A stretch of DNA of 64,000 bases from a bacterium (GTDB lineage Bacteria > Planctomycetota > UBA8108 > UBA1146): positions 1,353-65,352 of the forward strand of contig JAPOLY010000005.1 of the NCBI GenBank assembly GCA_029976805.1, read 5' to 3'. Under the pieces are notes generated by a model. It had not been told where the DNA came from and searched no databases. It saw only the letters and a list, made by a program, of their open reading frames with translations. Below are positions 48,821 to 59,656 of this stretch, in pieces; within the stretch, counting starts at the first letter, position 1; the number at the start of each line of letters is the position of its first letter. The translations under genes and the position numbers were made by a program.

Positions 48821-49837
48821 TCAGGGAAGAAGCGATTCGACCAGCAAGGGAAGTGAAACATCATAGCGATACTGGATCGAGGAATGATCGTCATCAAACT
48901 CCTCATACCGATGATCGATCCCATGATTCTCCAACCTTGAGGCCATGATTCTGGCTCCATGGTGCAAGCGATATTGATCACGGAAACCGCAGTCCAGGTA
49001 CAACAGGTTCAGGGATTTCAGGGACTCTGCATGTCGGGAGACCATCTCTACCGGATCCCACCGAAGCCAGTTCTGCCAGCGTTTTTCGATCAACTCTCCG
49101 GTCTTCGGATCAAAGGGCAGCTGGATTCGTTCCGGGTTATCCGTATCAGGGTCATAGAATGCACAGAGAGCCAAGGTCATCAGCGTCATGATGTCACTGC
49201 CACGATACTTGACCTTTCCGCTGATCTTTTTGAGGAACGCTGCGGGGTCACCATCAAATCGTCTCAAGGTATCGACGGCCGGGGGAAAATCGGGCACACA
49301 TGCATAGGGAAAATAAAGATCCCCACTATGGCAGGCGATGCTCCCCCAAACGTCTGCATGCATCATCCCATGGACCAGTGCGCCGTAGCCTCCCGAAGAA
49401 AATCCGAAGAGCCCCCGGTGGTTGCGTCCAGGGAGAGTACGGAAATGCTGATCAATCCACGGAACCAATTCTTGCGTCAGGTAACTCGCCCACGGGCCCA
49501 CTGCCGGGGAGTCGATGTATTGGTTTCCACCCAGAGCAGTAAATCCATCAGGCATGACGACGATCGCTGGTTTCATTTCACCAGTACCCACAAGTCGATC
49601 GAGACGCTCCGGAAGGTTTTCGTTGAAGCCGTCCCAATTGAGCGATTTCAGACCACTGGAAGTATAGGCAGCAAGATAAACCAGAACCGGATAACGATCC
49701 GGCGTCTCCCCGTATCCCGGAGGAGTCCAGACGGCGACTTTTCGGTCACAAGAATCGCCCCGTGGATTGTTCGACAGCAATTCTGAGTGATGCTCCCTCA
49801 CTTCAACACTTCCGCGTTGCCCATCATATTTGAGCAC
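48821..49837 (-). CDS. alpha/beta-hydrolase esterase (enterochelin-esterase / S-formylglutathione-hydrolase-like 'putative esterase' family)
   Basis: GFSSGG nucleophile-elbow motif (GLFGFSSGGYGAL), the conserved acid and His regions. GTG start. Confidence 0.6.
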   Translation of the reverse strand: MLKYDGQRGSVEVREHHSELLSNNPRGDSCDRKVAVWTPPGYGETPDRYPVLVYLAAYTSSGLKSLNWDGFNENLPERLDRLVGTGEMKPAIVVMPDGFTALGGNQYIDSPAVGPWASYLTQELVPWIDQHFRTLPGRNHRGLFGFSSGGYGALVHGMMHADVWGSIACHSGDLYFPYACVPDFPPAVDTLRRFDGDPAAFLKKISGKVKYRGSDIMTLMTLALCAFYDPDTDNPERIQLPFDPKTGELIEKRWQNWLRWDPVEMVSRHAESLKSLNLLYLDCGFRDQYRLHHGARIMASRLENHGIDHRYEEFDDDHSSIQYRYDVSLPLLVESLLP

Positions 49838-49990
49838 TTCACCCGTCCTTTCCGAATGTGTGTCTGGCCTGACGGCCCCGAGGGGTTAGAATCTCTCTTC
49901 TGCCCCCCGGGGGCAAGCCTGTGGGTTTTCGTCTTTGAGGCGGGCCTGCCACCACCTGTTCCTGAACATGAGGAAGGGATCCCTGAGATC

Positions 49991-51712
49991 ATGAGCGAAA
50001 CTGCCTATCCAAGAGAATTTCTGGCTGCCGAATTTGCAGCAGACAGCATCGAGTCCATCGAAGCAGCCTACCAACAGCTTCTTGACCGGGACATCTCGAC
50101 CCGCGAAGCCCTGGAGCAGTGGTGCCGGGACTGGAGTGAACTCGACTCCTGCGTTGCCGAAGAGAGCTCCAGACGATACGTGAAAAACACCTGCTTCACC
50201 GACGATCCGGAGGTGAAGGCCCGATTCATGGAGTGGCTCAAGGACATCTCACCCAGCCTGAAAAAAATCAGCTTTGAGATGGATCGCAAGTTTATGGCCT
50301 CTCCCGCGATCAGCGAACTCGACAGCGAAGAGTTCGGAATGTGGATCCGATCGGTCAAAAACAGTGTCGAACTCTTTCGGGAAGAAAACATCCCGTTGCA
50401 GACCGAGGAAAAAGAACTCGACGCAAAATATGATGAAGTGATCGGTGCAATGACCATCGATTTTGACGGAGAAACCCGAACTTTGCCTTACATGGGCCGG
50501 ATTCTCGAAGAAACCGATCGCGATCGCAGAGAGCAGGCATTCCGGGCCGTCAACGAGCGCATTCTCCAGGACGAAGAACAGATCCAGACCATCTTCGATC
50601 GCCAACTGGAGTTGCGCCACCAGATGGCTCTCAACTGCGGTATGGACAACTACCGGACCCTGCGATTCCGCCAACTGGAGCGCTTCGATTATGGACCGGA
50701 AGAGTGCCTCCAGTTTCACGATTCCATCGAAAAAGTCGTACTTCCATTGATCCGGGAGAGAACTGAGCGTCGCCGTGAGCAAATGGGTCTCGACAAACTT
50801 CGCCCGTGGGACAGTGCCGTTGACCCGCTTGGCCGCTCTCCCCTTCGTCCGCTGGAGAAGGGGACAGAGTTGATCGACGGGTGCCGTCAGGTCTTCGGCA
50901 AGGTCCACCCTGACCTCGAGGGAATGTTCAACATTCTCATCGATGGTGACCTGCTCGATTTGGACTCCCGCAAGGGCAAGGCACCGGGTGGTTATCAGGC
51001 CTGTTTCCATGAGATCCGCAAGCCCTTCATCTTCATGAATGCAGCCGGCAAACAGGGAGATGTGGAAACATTGCTCCACGAGGGAGGGCATGCCTTCCAT
51101 TCAATTGAGGCCCGCGACCACTCCCTGATCGCCAATCGCAGTGCCCCCATCGAATATTGTGAAGTCGCTTCGATGGCGATGGAGTTGCTGGGTGCTCCCC
51201 ACCTCAATGTTTTCTATGGTGACGGAGACGAAGTAACCCGAGCCCGTATCGATCATCTGGAAGGCATCATTAGTCTGTTCCCCTGGGTGGCGATGATCGA
51301 CTCCTTCCAGCACTGGCTCTACACCCATCCGGGCCACAGCCGGGACGAGCGTCGTAAAACCTGGTTGGGAATCATGGATCGCTTCGGAACAGGTCAGATC
51401 GACTGGACCGGTCTGGAAGAGATCCGCGCCCACCGCTGGATGCGACAGTCCCACCTCTTCGGGGTCCCCTTCTATTATGTCGAATACGCCATCGCCCAGT
51501 TGGGTGCATTGCAAGTCTGGAGAAATCATCGGAACGATGCAGACGAAGCGATTCGTCTCTATCGTAATGGCCTCTCCAAAGGCAACACTGTGACTCTTCC
51601 CCAACTCTATGAGGAGACGGGGATCCGTTTTGACTTCTCCTTTGAGAATCTGTCGGACCTGATTGGAATGGTCCGCGAAGAAATTGAAAATCTGGAAGGC
51701 GCAGGAGTCTAG
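49991..51712 (+). CDS. pepF: M3-family oligoendopeptidase F
   Basis: HEXXH zinc motif (HEGGHAFH) in M3B context, ~570 aa core. The start is at MSETAYP, with an AGGAAGGGA RBS. Confidence 0.8.
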   Translation: MSETAYPREFLAAEFAADSIESIEAAYQQLLDRDISTREALEQWCRDWSELDSCVAEESSRRYVKNTCFTDDPEVKARFMEWLKDISPSLKKISFEMDRKFMASPAISELDSEEFGMWIRSVKNSVELFREENIPLQTEEKELDAKYDEVIGAMTIDFDGETRTLPYMGRILEETDRDRREQAFRAVNERILQDEEQIQTIFDRQLELRHQMALNCGMDNYRTLRFRQLERFDYGPEECLQFHDSIEKVVLPLIRERTERRREQMGLDKLRPWDSAVDPLGRSPLRPLEKGTELIDGCRQVFGKVHPDLEGMFNILIDGDLLDLDSRKGKAPGGYQACFHEIRKPFIFMNAAGKQGDVETLLHEGGHAFHSIEARDHSLIANRSAPIEYCEVASMAMELLGAPHLNVFYGDGDEVTRARIDHLEGIISLFPWVAMIDSFQHWLYTHPGHSRDERRKTWLGIMDRFGTGQIDWTGLEEIRAHRWMRQSHLFGVPFYYVEYAIAQLGALQVWRNHRNDADEAIRLYRNGLSKGNTVTLPQLYEETGIRFDFSFENLSDLIGMVREEIENLEGAGV

Positions 51713-51756
51713 TCAGACCTGCGCCCATGATTCGGAACTGAAGAAATGAGGTCTTC

Positions 51757-52512
51757 ATGAAACAGGTGTCGCTCAATCGCTTCACCCTTCTCCTGCCAGC
51801 ATTGTTGGCAGTGCTGATTCCCCTTCTCGCCCAAGGGGACGAGCCCGCAGGCGAAAAGAAAATGCAGAAAATGGACTCTGCCGTGGCCCAGGTCGCCAAG
51901 TTCATTGACAAGAACATCGCTGATAAAAAGATCAACAAGGAGGTCGCCGGCTGGAAAAGTCGACTTCCCAAGTTCCCTACTGTGGAATTCACTCCAGGAG
52001 CCACTTACGTCTGGAAGCTGAAGACCAACAAGGGGGACATCGAAGTCGCCTTCATGCCGGATGTGGCCCCCAATCATGTGGCCAATTTCCTCTACCTCAC
52101 CCAATTGGGGTTCTTTGACGGCCTTAAATTCCATCGGGTCATCACCGGCTTCATGGCTCAGGGTGGTTGCCCACAAGGCTCCGGAAGAGGAGATCCCGGT
52201 TACCGTTTCATGGGGGAGTACTCTCCGAGTGTCAAACACACCACCAAGGGATTGCTCTCTATGGCCAATGCCGGTGCGGGAACCGACGGCAGTCAGTTCT
52301 TCCTGACCTTTGTTCCTACCCCCTGGCTGGACAACAAGCACACCATCTTCGGAAAAATGAGATCAGGTGACGAAACCCTCAAAAAGCTGGAGGCCGCAGG
52401 CAGCCGCGGAGGCCGCCCGTCCGAAGAGTTGAAAATTATCAAGGCGTCCATCGCTGTTGAGCCCGCAAAGGCTCCGGTGAAAAAGGAAACCCCCAAGAAA
52501 GAAGGAAGTTGA
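51757..52512 (+). CDS. secreted cyclophilin-type peptidyl-prolyl cis-trans isomerase
   Basis: Signal peptide ([17 protein letters not shown]) plus cyclophilin core ([15 protein letters not shown]...GSQFFLTF...HTIFGKM). Confidence 0.85.
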   Translation: MKQVSLNRFTLLLPALLAVLIPLLAQGDEPAGEKKMQKMDSAVAQVAKFIDKNIADKKINKEVAGWKSRLPKFPTVEFTPGATYVWKLKTNKGDIEVAFMPDVAPNHVANFLYLTQLGFFDGLKFHRVITGFMAQGGCPQGSGRGDPGYRFMGEYSPSVKHTTKGLLSMANAGAGTDGSQFFLTFVPTPWLDNKHTIFGKMRSGDETLKKLEAAGSRGGRPSEELKIIKASIAVEPAKAPVKKETPKKEGS

Positions 52513-52513
52513 A

Positions 52514-53098
52514 GTGAGCACTTCTGAAAAAAATATCATGGCGATGCGTGAAGCCATCGAAACCATGAACATCGATACCGGATCTGACGGCTGGAAAACT
52601 TCTCTACCGATGTTTCCTGAAGTCGAAATCGACGCGGACGCTGAGATCTTCTGGGTTCTGGAAACCAATCATGGCAATTTGAAAATCCGCCTGATGCCGG
52701 ACGTTGCCCCCAATCACGTACGCAATGTGATGTACCTCACCGAATTGGGATTCTACGACGACCTGACCTTTCACCGGGTGATCACCGGTTTCATGGCTCA
52801 GGGTGGCTGCCCGGAGGGCACCGGAATGGGTGGTCCCGGCTATCGTTTTGCCGGAGAGTTCTCCCCCAATGCCCGTCACGATCGTCGCGGATTGCTGTCG
52901 ATGGCCAATGCCGGTCCGAATACCGACGGAAGCCAGTTCTTCATTACCTTCACCCCCACTCCGCATCTGGATGACAACCACACCATCTACGGAGAAGTGG
53001 TCGAAGGTCATCCCACTTTGGAAGCCCTCGAAGGTCGGGGTTCTGGACACGGCGGAACCAGTGAGCCTCTGCTGATGGTCAAGGCCAGCATTCAGTAA
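52514..53098 (+). CDS. cytoplasmic cyclophilin-type peptidyl-prolyl cis-trans isomerase (tandem paralog)
   Basis: Same cyclophilin core ([15 protein letters not shown]...GSQFFITF...HTIYGEV) without a signal peptide. The start is 2 nt after the upstream stop. Confidence 0.85.
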   Translation: MSTSEKNIMAMREAIETMNIDTGSDGWKTSLPMFPEVEIDADAEIFWVLETNHGNLKIRLMPDVAPNHVRNVMYLTELGFYDDLTFHRVITGFMAQGGCPEGTGMGGPGYRFAGEFSPNARHDRRGLLSMANAGPNTDGSQFFITFTPTPHLDDNHTIYGEVVEGHPTLEALEGRGSGHGGTSEPLLMVKASIQ

Positions 53099-53121
53099 TG
53101 AATCCGAACCTTGCCTGAAGA

Positions 53122-53160
53122 AAGAGCCCGTTTTCCCATAGGAAAACGGGCTCTTTTTAT
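53122..53160. terminator. rho-independent terminator (bidirectional)
   Basis: AAAGAGCCCGTTTTCC-CATA-GGAAAACGGGCTCTTT followed by TTTAT, with an A-run on the other side. Confidence 0.7.
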
Positions 53161-53186
53161 TTCAACATCACCGACGGGTCTGCCCC

Positions 53187-53807
53187 TCAGTTCATACGAT
53201 CATCATGTGGTAATTGGCTCCAGACTCGAAGGTTCGAATCACTGGACTGATTCAACAGACGATTCCAAAGATCGTCCCGAGCTCCAGACAGCAGGTCGTC
53301 TCCGCTGGTCCGAATCATGACCCAGACCGATTCCAATAACTCCGACTCAAGTTGCCCTGCTTCCCACCCTGAATAGCCACGGAAGAAGTGAAGCCTGTCT
53401 TCAGAAATGTGCTGAGCCGATACCGCTTCCACCGTTTCCTCAAAGTCAGAAGGCTGGTGTACCCCGGGTAATAACTCCCTGCCGTCTGGCAGAACAATTT
53501 CAGTCGTTGAAGATCCAGAAGTATCAATCAGACAAAAAGCCTGATCTGTTCCCACAGGCCCCCCCGTCAGAAAGTGACTTTTCAGTTCCGATCCGCTGAT
53601 CAACTTCGACATCATCGAACGGTGATCTTCAGGAACAGGGTGGTTGAGGACCAGGCCCGAAGTTCCCAGTCCTTCCTCATGATCGGTGAGCAGAATGACC
53701 GTGCGATAGAAATTGGGGTCCATTGGAATCATGGGCGAAGCAATCAGGCAGTTTCCCGGTTCAATCTGATCACAAACCTTCACCATTTTGACTCCCGTTA
53801 CCATCAA
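53187..53807 (-). CDS. YqgE/AlgH-family (UPF0301/DUF179) protein
   Basis: NFYRTVILLTDHEEGLGTSGLVLNHP matches the DUF179 signature (NF..SV.LL..H...GA.GL.LNRP). The exact start among several in-frame Met is uncertain. Confidence 0.6.
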   Translation of the reverse strand: MMVTGVKMVKVCDQIEPGNCLIASPMIPMDPNFYRTVILLTDHEEGLGTSGLVLNHPVPEDHRSMMSKLISGSELKSHFLTGGPVGTDQAFCLIDTSGSSTTEIVLPDGRELLPGVHQPSDFEETVEAVSAQHISEDRLHFFRGYSGWEAGQLESELLESVWVMIRTSGDDLLSGARDDLWNRLLNQSSDSNLRVWSQLPHDDRMN

Positions 53808-53832
53808 GGCCCCGAATCCATGACACTTTACA

Positions 53833-54519
53833 TCATGGAGACAACATCTCTTCCTGTAACCGGTATCGCAATCCCACCAGCGAGATCAAATCGCGGCGAT
53901 TATGCAGGTAGATCGGCTCGATCACCTCAAAGGGGGCTCCTTCCCGCAAGTCCTGAAATCGCAAGGGAGCCTCGGATCCTGGAACATCCGCTTCGCACCG
54001 GGGTAACCCCAGTAATCGCTCTTCCGCTGTAACAAGACGACAATCGGGCCACGTGCGACGATACTTTTTCCTGACCAGTGGTAGCAGGTCCCTCGAAATC
54101 AATGGGCATTCAGAATCCAGCTGATGCCACTTCCAGCGTTGACAAAGAAATGGAAGATCAAAACCATCTCCGTTGTAGGTCACGATTTCGCGAAACTCCG
54201 CCATTTTATCTCGCAAGCGTTTCAACTGCCGACGCTCACTGGCTGCATCACCGGCATACCATTGGGACAGGTGCAGAACCGTTCCTTTCCGGTAGAGAAA
54301 TCCGATCATGGCGGCCAAAGAACGTGACGCTCTCAAACCCGTTGTCTCCAGATCGAGAAACATGACATCCTCGGGGGTTTGATTCAGAACTTCAGGTGAT
54401 ACGACCCCCTCCAGATCGACTTCCACATCTTCAGGAATCGTTGGCGAAAAAAAATGAGTGTTTTTTTTGGGCTGGAGCTTTTGAATCACCCGTCGGAGCC
54501 TCTGCTTCCCCTGTTTCAT
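53833..54519 (-). CDS. RNase-H-like DEDDh 3'-5' exonuclease, YprB/MrfB-like
   Basis: Exo motifs MFLDLETTG (I), YNGDGFDLPFL (II), YLHNRRDL (III, H-x4-D). The ATGA overlap with the upstream helicase gene indicates translational coupling. Confidence 0.6.
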   Translation of the reverse strand: MKQGKQRLRRVIQKLQPKKNTHFFSPTIPEDVEVDLEGVVSPEVLNQTPEDVMFLDLETTGLRASRSLAAMIGFLYRKGTVLHLSQWYAGDAASERRQLKRLRDKMAEFREIVTYNGDGFDLPFLCQRWKWHQLDSECPLISRDLLPLVRKKYRRTWPDCRLVTAEERLLGLPRCEADVPGSEAPLRFQDLREGAPFEVIEPIYLHNRRDLISLVGLRYRLQEEMLSP

Positions 54520-57029
54520 CCGCGATTCCCCCGTGACGTCAATCGTGCCACCTTTCGTATCTTGCGTTCCACCCGTTCATCCAATGCTGGTGCAGGAGGT
54601 TTGAGAGGAGACTCTACAGGTGCGGGTACTCCATGGAGTTCAGGTTTATAGGGCTCCAATCCCAACAACCGATGCAACAGCCAGCGTGTTGCCTCCTTCG
54701 GGTAGGGATACTCCATCACTTCCGATTCGAGAGAAGATTCGATTCGCGACGCTCCTGGCAAAACACAGGAAGGACAACCCGCCACACAGGGGCATTCGAC
54801 TACCGCTTCGAGAACATCTTTGAGGATTTCCCCATGTTGTTCATGACCAAGCTCTGAATAGCCGATTCCGCCCGGATAAAGATCAAAGATATGGATCAGA
54901 TTGTCGTCGACATGATGATCGATATCCCCAGGGTCACACATTGCCCGAATGGCCAACAAATCCCTGAACAGACGGGCAACACCGTGCATTCCGGACCGCA
55001 GGAAACCGGGGCCATGCTCTTCCGATTGCATGACGGTCTCCCTGTCCAGCGAGATTTCATGACTGACCGTATCCAGCTCGAGGGGAGGGAGATGGACTTC
55101 ACCGTATCCAATGTTCTCCGTCGAATGAAAGCGGACCTTTTTATAGCCGGTCAACCTCGTTCGGATCTCCACTTCTGCCAGACGAATACGCGCTCCACAG
55201 ACTTCACGGGTATCCCATTCCTCTGTGACAGTGACCCGTTTCTGGGTCAGTACTTGAGTATAGTAACCGGTCTTCGTTCTGCGGATCTTGACCAGACAGT
55301 TCACATGATCCATCTCCTCAACGATAAATGTCTCTGTTCGATGAATGTAGATAGCACCTTCATAGAGGCTCAACATCGCTGCGACATAATCAAGTTCTCC
55401 GACGATGTTGTCAGGGCCGAGTTCAAGGATTGTGAAGTTCTCTTCACTTGCGGTGCGCAACTTGACCTGTGTCGCAGGATACTCCTCCCGGGCGAGATAC
55501 CAGGCTCCCCCTTCCTCCCGCAGGCGTTTCTCCTCCTGCAAGACGGTACACATGGCGGTCACACCGGGGCCAAGAAGATCATCATCCGCTGAGGTCAGTG
55601 GCAACTCATAGGCTGCACAAATCAAATGTCGCGCCACGATGTAGGGGTTGTCTGTTTCAATCACTGCGTTTTCTGGCGAGCTCCCGAACAGACTCTCCGG
55701 ATGACGAACAAACCACTGATCGATGGGGTCATTGCCCGCAATCATGAAGACCAGTGATTCCCCATGTCGGCGTCCTGCTCTGCCCGCCTGCTGCATGAAC
55801 GAACAGACACTCCCCGGCCAACCGACGATGATGCAACCATCGAGTCCGCCTACGTCGATTCCCACTTCCAGTGCACTGGTTGAAACCACACCGCCCAATT
55901 CTCCATCGAACAGCGAAGACTCAATTCGACGTCTTTCCGTCGGCAGGTAACCAGCACGGTAAGGTTCAATCTTGCTGGCAACTTCCTCACGATCACTGGC
56001 TCCACGCGCCCTCTCGCGTATATAGCGCAAGATCAGTTCCACATTGTTGCGGGTGCGGGCAAAACAGATGGTTCTCAATCCCCGCCGAACCAGTTCCGGC
56101 AATAGTCTGACCGCCACCGAGGTGGGCCCCCTCCGGGTCAGGGTTCCATCGGTGCGCTCAACCACGGGTGGATTCCATAACACCACCTCCTTGTGACCGC
56201 GGGGTGAACCATCGTCTTCAATGACGCTGACATCCCGGCCGATCAGTCGCCCGACATGCTCTCCCGGATTGCGAATCGTCGCACTCGCAGCGATGAAGAC
56301 CGGGTCGGAACCGTGGTGCCGACAGATTCGCCGCAACCTTCGGATCACAGAGGAAACGTGGGACCCGAAGATGCCACGCAAGGTATGCACTTCATCGAGA
56401 ACGACATAGCGCAAGTTGGCAAAGAGCGCCCCCCATCCCCCATGGTTGGGAAGAATGGAAGCGTGCAACATATCCGGGTTGGTCAGAATAATCCGACCGG
56501 AACGGCGCAATCGACGACGCATTGTGGGCTCCGTGTCGCCATCGTAGATCCCGGTCTCCAATTGCAGACCCATCCCATCGATGACTCCACGCAAATGTCG
56601 ATGCTGATCCTGGGAGAGCGCCTTGGTCGGATAGAGCAACAATGCATGCGCTCCCGGATCACGGACCATCGCATCGATCACCGGCAACGTACAACACAGG
56701 GTTTTGCCACTGGCAGTCGACGAGGCAATCACCACATCTTCGCCGGCAAGAGTTCGGGAGATGGATTGGGCTTGATGCCGATACAGGGGCCAGGTACCGG
56801 ATTTCTGCAAATGTTCAAGAATGCGTGAATCCAGTGGAGGGGCCTCCTCCGCAGGAACCGCATCCCGGGCTGGCAAGGTCTGCCGCGCCACCAACTCTTC
56901 AGCGGAACCCAATCGGGCTTCCACATCCGACAACACTTCGAGAGGAGTGGGTGCCTCATGAAGGGCCGAGTCATGAAGAGGATTTCTGAGGGGTTTTCGG
57001 AGTGGATTTCTTCGGGGTCTGGTTTCCAA
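54516..57029 (-). CDS. DEXH-box helicase with C-terminal DUF1998 zinc-binding domain, YprA/MrfA (Lhr-like) family
   Basis: Walker A (SSTASGKTL), DEVH box (VVLDEVH), helicase motifs III-VI (SATIRNP, QQAGRAGRR), and a C-terminal four-Cys cluster (CPCVAGCPSC) typical of the MrfA Zn-binding DUF1998 domain. Confidence 0.75.
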   Translation of the reverse strand: METRPRRNPLRKPLRNPLHDSALHEAPTPLEVLSDVEARLGSAEELVARQTLPARDAVPAEEAPPLDSRILEHLQKSGTWPLYRHQAQSISRTLAGEDVVIASSTASGKTLCCTLPVIDAMVRDPGAHALLLYPTKALSQDQHRHLRGVIDGMGLQLETGIYDGDTEPTMRRRLRRSGRIILTNPDMLHASILPNHGGWGALFANLRYVVLDEVHTLRGIFGSHVSSVIRRLRRICRHHGSDPVFIAASATIRNPGEHVGRLIGRDVSVIEDDGSPRGHKEVVLWNPPVVERTDGTLTRRGPTSVAVRLLPELVRRGLRTICFARTRNNVELILRYIRERARGASDREEVASKIEPYRAGYLPTERRRIESSLFDGELGGVVSTSALEVGIDVGGLDGCIIVGWPGSVCSFMQQAGRAGRRHGESLVFMIAGNDPIDQWFVRHPESLFGSSPENAVIETDNPYIVARHLICAAYELPLTSADDDLLGPGVTAMCTVLQEEKRLREEGGAWYLAREEYPATQVKLRTASEENFTILELGPDNIVGELDYVAAMLSLYEGAIYIHRTETFIVEEMDHVNCLVKIRRTKTGYYTQVLTQKRVTVTEEWDTREVCGARIRLAEVEIRTRLTGYKKVRFHSTENIGYGEVHLPPLELDTVSHEISLDRETVMQSEEHGPGFLRSGMHGVARLFRDLLAIRAMCDPGDIDHHVDDNLIHIFDLYPGGIGYSELGHEQHGEILKDVLEAVVECPCVAGCPSCVLPGASRIESSLESEVMEYPYPKEATRWLLHRLLGLEPYKPELHGVPAPVESPLKPPAPALDERVERKIRKVARLTSRGNRG

Positions 57030-57204
57030 ATCAGCTCTCTTTCAATCAGATACGGCGGCAACGACGTCGACCGGGGACCCTAACATAACCCTAACAAAAG
57101 TTCCAGATCCCCCTGAAACGCCTCCCTGAGGTTGTGTTTGGTAAATCTTTGCTGTTCCGGTATCGTGATCCACAGGGGACCGCACCGCTGGAAATTGGGG
57201 AATC

Positions 57205-58437
57205 TTGAAGCTGAATACACCTGCTACGCCGACCCAACGAACCTCTTCTGGCGGCCTTTGCCAGTCACTGATCGGTTTGCTGATTCTGGTTCTGAGTGGC
57301 TGCGGTGGTGGGCCGGACCCTCGTACTGAACCCGTCAATCCGATCCCTCTTGTCGAATTTGAATCTTTGCTGCAACGGGGAAAAACCTATCAGGCACGGG
57401 CACTGATCGAACCCTTCGCCAGCCCGGAGCAAGCGAACAGCATCCGCGGTATCGCCAGACTCGGCCTCGGTCGATGTGATCTGGCCGACAAGCGCTACGA
57501 GGACAGCCTGCTGCATTTGGACAAGGCCAGACGGCTATTGCCACCGGGACCGGATCAGGCGCAGGCACGATTCTATTTGGGGGTCGCCTATCTGCGCACC
57601 AAATCGGTGATGAGCGCTCTGAATCATCTGGAGGCAGCGTTTGCAGGGGTCAGTAACAGCGATCTGAAGAAACGATCCGCCTATCTGATCGTTCGGACTC
57701 AGGATGAGTTGGGAGATCCTGTCTCCACTCTTTATCGCGAAGCTTCCGCCGGAACCTATTACAGTGAATATTCCGGAATCTGGTCGCAACCGGCCCCGGT
57801 TGTCGCCCAACCTCCCGTCGAGACGACACCACGGGAGATCACTCCCAAACCGGAGGTACGCCGACTTACCCCACCACCACTACGCCTGCTGAAACGACAG
57901 CAATGGAACGCTCGACCGGTTCGAATTTCCTCGGTCAATCCGATGAGTCGGCCCTTCCGCATCACCGTTCACCACACTGCCGATCAGGAGAGCCTCTCCT
58001 CCATCAGTCAGAGTGATCCCCGTGAATACCTGAAAATTCTTCAGCGTCACTGTCAGAACAATCTTGACTGGGGAGACCTTGGATATCACTTCCTGATCAG
58101 CAAGGACGGTCGAATCTGGGAGGGGCGGCCGATGAAATACCAGGGAGCCCATGCGGGAAATCCCACACTCAACAGGGGAAACATCGGTATCGCCCTCATA
58201 GGCAATTTCGATCACACCAAGCCGAGTACCGCACAGGTCCGCAGCCTCCAAAATCTTCTGGCCAGCCTCTGTGACCTGTACCGGATCCAGCCTTCAAAGA
58301 TCTTTGGCCATGGCGACCTCAAAACCACCGGTTGCCCGGGCAGACACTTGAGTTCCATTCTCCGCGAGCTGGTGCGCAAACTCGAAAACAGTCACCTGTC
58401 ACGTCGAAAAGACAGATTTGATTCAAAATCCCGCTGA
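57205..58437 (+). CDS. lipoprotein N-acetylmuramoyl-L-alanine amidase (Amidase_2/PGRP fold) with N-terminal TPR-like region
   Basis: Lipobox LVLSGCGG. C-terminal amidase_2 motifs (ITVHHTAD, GYHFLISKDGRIWEGR, GAHAGNPTLNRGNIGIALIGNF, GHGDLKTTGCPG). Confidence 0.75.
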   Translation: MKLNTPATPTQRTSSGGLCQSLIGLLILVLSGCGGGPDPRTEPVNPIPLVEFESLLQRGKTYQARALIEPFASPEQANSIRGIARLGLGRCDLADKRYEDSLLHLDKARRLLPPGPDQAQARFYLGVAYLRTKSVMSALNHLEAAFAGVSNSDLKKRSAYLIVRTQDELGDPVSTLYREASAGTYYSEYSGIWSQPAPVVAQPPVETTPREITPKPEVRRLTPPPLRLLKRQQWNARPVRISSVNPMSRPFRITVHHTADQESLSSISQSDPREYLKILQRHCQNNLDWGDLGYHFLISKDGRIWEGRPMKYQGAHAGNPTLNRGNIGIALIGNFDHTKPSTAQVRSLQNLLASLCDLYRIQPSKIFGHGDLKTTGCPGRHLSSILRELVRKLENSHLSRRKDRFDSKSR

Positions 58438-59656
58438 TCCTCCATCCCGTCCCTGCATCGCTCCTCAAGTTCTTGAAGAGTTGGCAAGGGAATACGGAAC
58501 TCCTCTCTACATTCTGAACCTCGACATCGTTGATCAACAATGGAGCAAGCTCTCAGCCTTCGATTCGATTCGATATGCCCAAAAGGCCCACTCGGGATTA
58601 CACCTGTTGAAATGGCTCGCCAAAAAGAACGCTCACGTCGATGCCGTCTCGGGCACGGAGGTTCTCAAGGCGATCCATGCCGGATTCCCGGTTGAACACA
58701 TCGAACTGGCGACCGATGTTCTCGACCGGAGATCCCTGAAAGTGATCGAAGAACATGAAGTTCGTGTGAACATCGGCACTCTCAGTATGATCCCGGAGCT
58801 CGCCTCCACTCCCTGCAGAGAGTGCACCCTGCGAATCAATCCAGGGTTCGGTGGAGGCCATGATCAGAAGGTGACCACCGGAGGCTCCGCTTCCAAGCAC
58901 GGCATCTGGTGGGAGCAGCTTCCTCAGGCCTATGAAATGGCAGACGCGAATAACCTGACCGTCACCGGACTGCACATGCACATTGGCTCAGGGGTGACTC
59001 TCGATCTTCTTGAAAAGCAGATCGGGTTTATGCAGGGCTGCCTCTACGATGCTCCGGACTCAGTATCGAGGATCTCCACCGGAGGAGGACTCCCTATCCC
59101 CTACCAACCTCATGAAACGGAATTCTCCGTCGAGCAATGGAGCCAAACCTGGCTCGAGGCCAGAAACCGTTGGCAAGTCGACCTCGACAGACCGATTCAT
59201 CTGGAAGTGGAACCGGGCAGATTCCTGGTCGCTCAGGCAGGAATCCTCATCACGGAAGTCAGAGGAACCAAATCGACTCCTGATCATGACTGGATCATGG
59301 TCGATGCAGGATTCCACACTCTGGCACGTCCTCTCCTTTACGGGGCCTATCATGAGGTGGTGGCACTTCGAAAAACCTCAGGAAAATCCTGGCCCCAGCT
59401 GGTTGCCGGCCCCCTTTGTGAATCAGGGGATGTCCTCACCACCGGGCCATCAGGCGAGTTGCAACCGCGACACTTGCCCAGACAGGAACCCGGAGATTAC
59501 CTCGCTCTTCTTGATGTCGGGGCTTACGGAATATCCATGGCCAGCGGCTACAACGGGTTTGAATTACCTGCAGAGGTGACCTTCGAAGAGGGCCAACCCC
59601 GTCTGACTCGAGCTCGTCAAACACCCCAGGAACAGTGGATTCAGGAACTCTCCTGA
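58418..59656 (+). CDS. lysA: PLP-dependent Orn/DAP/Arg decarboxylase family 2 enzyme, probably diaminopimelate decarboxylase
   Basis: TIM-barrel and C-terminal beta domain motifs (YAQKA, HMHIGSG, EPGRFLVAQAG, CESGD). The start overlaps the amidase end by 20 nt, so the true start may be later. Confidence 0.7.
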   Translation: MIQNPADPPSRPCIAPQVLEELAREYGTPLYILNLDIVDQQWSKLSAFDSIRYAQKAHSGLHLLKWLAKKNAHVDAVSGTEVLKAIHAGFPVEHIELATDVLDRRSLKVIEEHEVRVNIGTLSMIPELASTPCRECTLRINPGFGGGHDQKVTTGGSASKHGIWWEQLPQAYEMADANNLTVTGLHMHIGSGVTLDLLEKQIGFMQGCLYDAPDSVSRISTGGGLPIPYQPHETEFSVEQWSQTWLEARNRWQVDLDRPIHLEVEPGRFLVAQAGILITEVRGTKSTPDHDWIMVDAGFHTLARPLLYGAYHEVVALRKTSGKSWPQLVAGPLCESGDVLTTGPSGELQPRHLPRQEPGDYLALLDVGAYGISMASGYNGFELPAEVTFEEGQPRLTRARQTPQEQWIQELS

